DNA of 62,982 nt, the filler included, from Hyphochytrium catenoides (taxonomy: Eukaryota; Protista; Hyphochytriomycota): the NCBI GenBank assembly GCA_900088475.1. It is 8 parts of 8 records of this genome, joined end to end, with 100 filler letters (N's around TTAATTAATTAA, not from the genome) between each part and the next. Parts side by side here need not be neighbours in the genome. Positions count along the whole stretch, not along the records: positions 59,732 to 61,334 come from FLMG01000498.1; positions 61,435 to 62,982 come from FLMG01003356.1; 6 more parts are not named here. The stretch is one strand, 5' to 3'. Numbering within the stretch: the stretch's first letter is position 1; each line of letters opens with the position of its first letter. Made by a program: the position numbers and the translations under genes. Of this stretch, positions 61,048-62,982 are shown in pieces. The notes under the pieces are model-generated. The model saw only the letters and a list, made by a program, of their open reading frames with translations. It did not search any database and had not been told where the DNA came from.

Positions 61048-61434
61048 CCTCTTTCTGCTTCCCTCTTTTTCCTTCTCTCCTCCCCCCTGTCTACCTTATA
61101 ATAAAATTTTGCGTCATAGAGCTTCAAAGCTTCAGAGCGCGCGCGAGAGAGAGAAGGATCCAACACTTTTAATCTTCATAGTTTTTCTCTACTTTCCTCT
61201 TTTTCTGCGAACAGCCGAAGGGACGGCGGGGGAAGAGAGAACAACACTGCAAAGGACAAGGTTTGAGGTCTAGGGCAGGTGAGACTGAAGAGGACGGAGT
61301 GGCACGGAAGTCGGAGAGAGAGAGAGAAAGAAGANNNNNNNNNNNNNNNNNNNNNNNNNNNNNNNNNNNNNNNNNNNNTTAATTAATTAANNNNNNNNNN
61401 NNNNNNNNNNNNNNNNNNNNNNNNNNNNNNNNNN

Positions 61435-61625
61435 ACTTTCAAATGACGTCGAATTAAAATTTGATTTACAAAAATTTTCTGTTTTTTATAAGTATATTTA
61501 ACAATTTCACGGATAACTAAATCGTCATGTAATATAGATTGATAATTATATCGCGCATACCATAAAGAATCTGTAATTTTATGTTGTTTTAAACGAAAAG
61601 ATATTGGATGATTTTTTGATGCCAT
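61435..61625 (-). CDS. rps3: Mitochondrial-type ribosomal protein S3, 5' fragment
   Basis: MASKNHPISFRL..WYA resembles the S3 N-terminus and follows rps19 directly. Confidence 0.85.
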
Positions 61626-61628
61626 TTT

Positions 61629-62033
61629 TTATTTTTTCTTTTTTTTTTTATAAGTATATTTTGCTCTAGTGAAACTAAATTGACCAAACTTATGGCCAAC
61701 CATTTCTTGTGTAATTTTTTTAGGAATAAAACGAAGACCATTATGTATCTTTACATAACAATCGACTAAATATGGTTCAATAATAGATCGACGTGACCAA
61801 ATAGAAACAGCATTTTCTTGTTCACTTAGTCGCTCTCGCTTGATCAAAGAAGATAATTTCAAAATACAATTATCTGTATACTTTAAACGCCAAGTTGGCT
61901 GTTTTGTAATAATTAAATTTTGATCAGATTCATCGTCAAATAAAATTTGTTCTTGTTTTACTAGATTCTCTTTTTGGGTATTTTTATTTTCATTTGATTT
62001 TTGAAAACTTGCTTTAGTTTTTGGTTTTTTCAT
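61629..62033 (-). CDS. rps19: Mitochondrial-type ribosomal protein S19 with an N-terminal extension
   Basis: IWSRRSII..VKIHNG..ITQEMVGHKFGQFSFTR. Confidence 0.95.
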   Translation of the reverse strand: MKKPKTKASFQKSNENKNTQKENLVKQEQILFDDESDQNLIITKQPTWRLKYTDNCILKLSSLIKRERLSEQENAVSIWSRRSIIEPYLVDCYVKIHNGLRFIPKKITQEMVGHKFGQFSFTRAKYTYKKKKKK

Positions 62034-62037
62034 CCTA

Positions 62038-62853
62038 TTATTTTTTTCTTTTTTTTACAAGATAAAGATCCTTTTTTTTATTTTTTCTTGTGGGCTGCCC
62101 TTTCGTAAATTTAGCCCAAGGCGTTACAGAAGGCCGCCCGCCACTTGTTTTACCTTCTCCACCACCGTGTGGATGATCTACAGGATTCATAGCAACGCCT
62201 CGAACAGTTGGACGAATTCCCATCCAACGAGATCTTCCGGCTTTTCCTAATTGTCTAAATTTATGATCTTCGTTAGAAACTTTACCATAAGTAGCACGGC
62301 ATTCTAAAAAAACATGCCGGTGTTCTCCAGAAGGTAATTTTATTCGTGCAAAATTTTCTGTTTTTTGTATTAATTGACCAAAAGTTCCGGCAGATCGTAT
62401 ATATTGTCCTTTTTTATATTTATGTATCGATAAATTATGTATTAAGCTACCCAAAGGCATTTGTTTCAAAGAAGTGCAATTTCCAATTTGAATAGGAACA
62501 TGCTCTCCTGTTTGTAATCTCATACCATGAATACAATTGTGTGGGGCTATAATATAAGATTCTTTTTTTTTCGTTAAAATTCTTGCGATAAAAGCAGATC
62601 GATTTGGATCATATTCTAAATGAGTTATGGTTGATTGTTTATCTGTTCTATAAAAATCGATGATTCGATATTTTTTTTTATGACCACCTCCTCGATGTCT
62701 TACAGTAATTTTACCAGAATGATTCCTTCCATTTTTTTTTAATAAAAGTTTTGTTTTATTTTTAAGAGGTTTTATTTTATCAAGAATTTTTGGTAAATTT
62801 ACTTGTATTAAATGACGTTGTGAAGGTGTTATTGGATTTATTTTTTTAAACAT
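62038..62853 (-). CDS. rpl2: Mitochondrial-type ribosomal protein L2
   Basis: GRNHSGKITVRHRGGGHKKKYRIIDF, EYDPNRSAFIA, RPTVRGVAMNPVDHPHGGGEG. AT-rich, and no rpl22 between rps19 and rps3. Confidence 0.97.
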   Translation of the reverse strand: MFKKINPITPSQRHLIQVNLPKILDKIKPLKNKTKLLLKKNGRNHSGKITVRHRGGGHKKKYRIIDFYRTDKQSTITHLEYDPNRSAFIARILTKKKESYIIAPHNCIHGMRLQTGEHVPIQIGNCTSLKQMPLGSLIHNLSIHKYKKGQYIRSAGTFGQLIQKTENFARIKLPSGEHRHVFLECRATYGKVSNEDHKFRQLGKAGRSRWMGIRPTVRGVAMNPVDHPHGGGEGKTSGGRPSVTPWAKFTKGQPTRKNKKKDLYLVKKRKK

Positions 62854-62982
62854 AATCTTATTTTTATCATACGTTTTTGTAATTTGTTAAGCTTCTACCT
62901 TAACAGGAAATTTTTTTGTTAATACGGATTTGTGTACTTAAAAAATAGAATTTGGTAAAAGGTTAAATAGCTTTTTCTATCC

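Overview
This window is not one locus. It is eight eukaryotic contigs or scaffolds joined by artificial 100-bp N spacers carrying TTAATTAATTAA (5348-5447, 11064-11163, 30981-31080, 52669-52768, 57301-57400, 59632-59731, 61335-61434), so adjacency across spacers means nothing. Seven pieces are nuclear DNA of a protist with short GT-AG introns, many (GA)n tracts and much retroelement debris (copia, gypsy/chromovirus, CRE-like). A flagellated stramenopile is inferred from the THAQK-type Myb, IFT57-like region, 7TM-RGS and ankyrin family. The last piece is AT-rich mitochondrial-type DNA (rpl2-rps19-rps3). Recognisable nuclear genes are a DCR2/PAP-type metallophosphoesterase, an SDR, two disrupted Kazal inhibitors, an adenylate kinase-PH fusion, a NEK6/7-like kinase fused to an IFT57-like region, ankyrin proteins, a 7TM-RGS and a 1R-Myb. 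The best leads are: LTR-like repeats with an embedded tRNA-derived (Pol III box B) cassette about 56 bp from their start, seen in two unrelated families; an orphan protein that is a two-fold domain duplication behind a tandem-repeat array; a protein with four divergent BRK-like repeats; the two kinase fusions; and a head-to-head inverted copia duplication. All calls are by eye and no database search was run.
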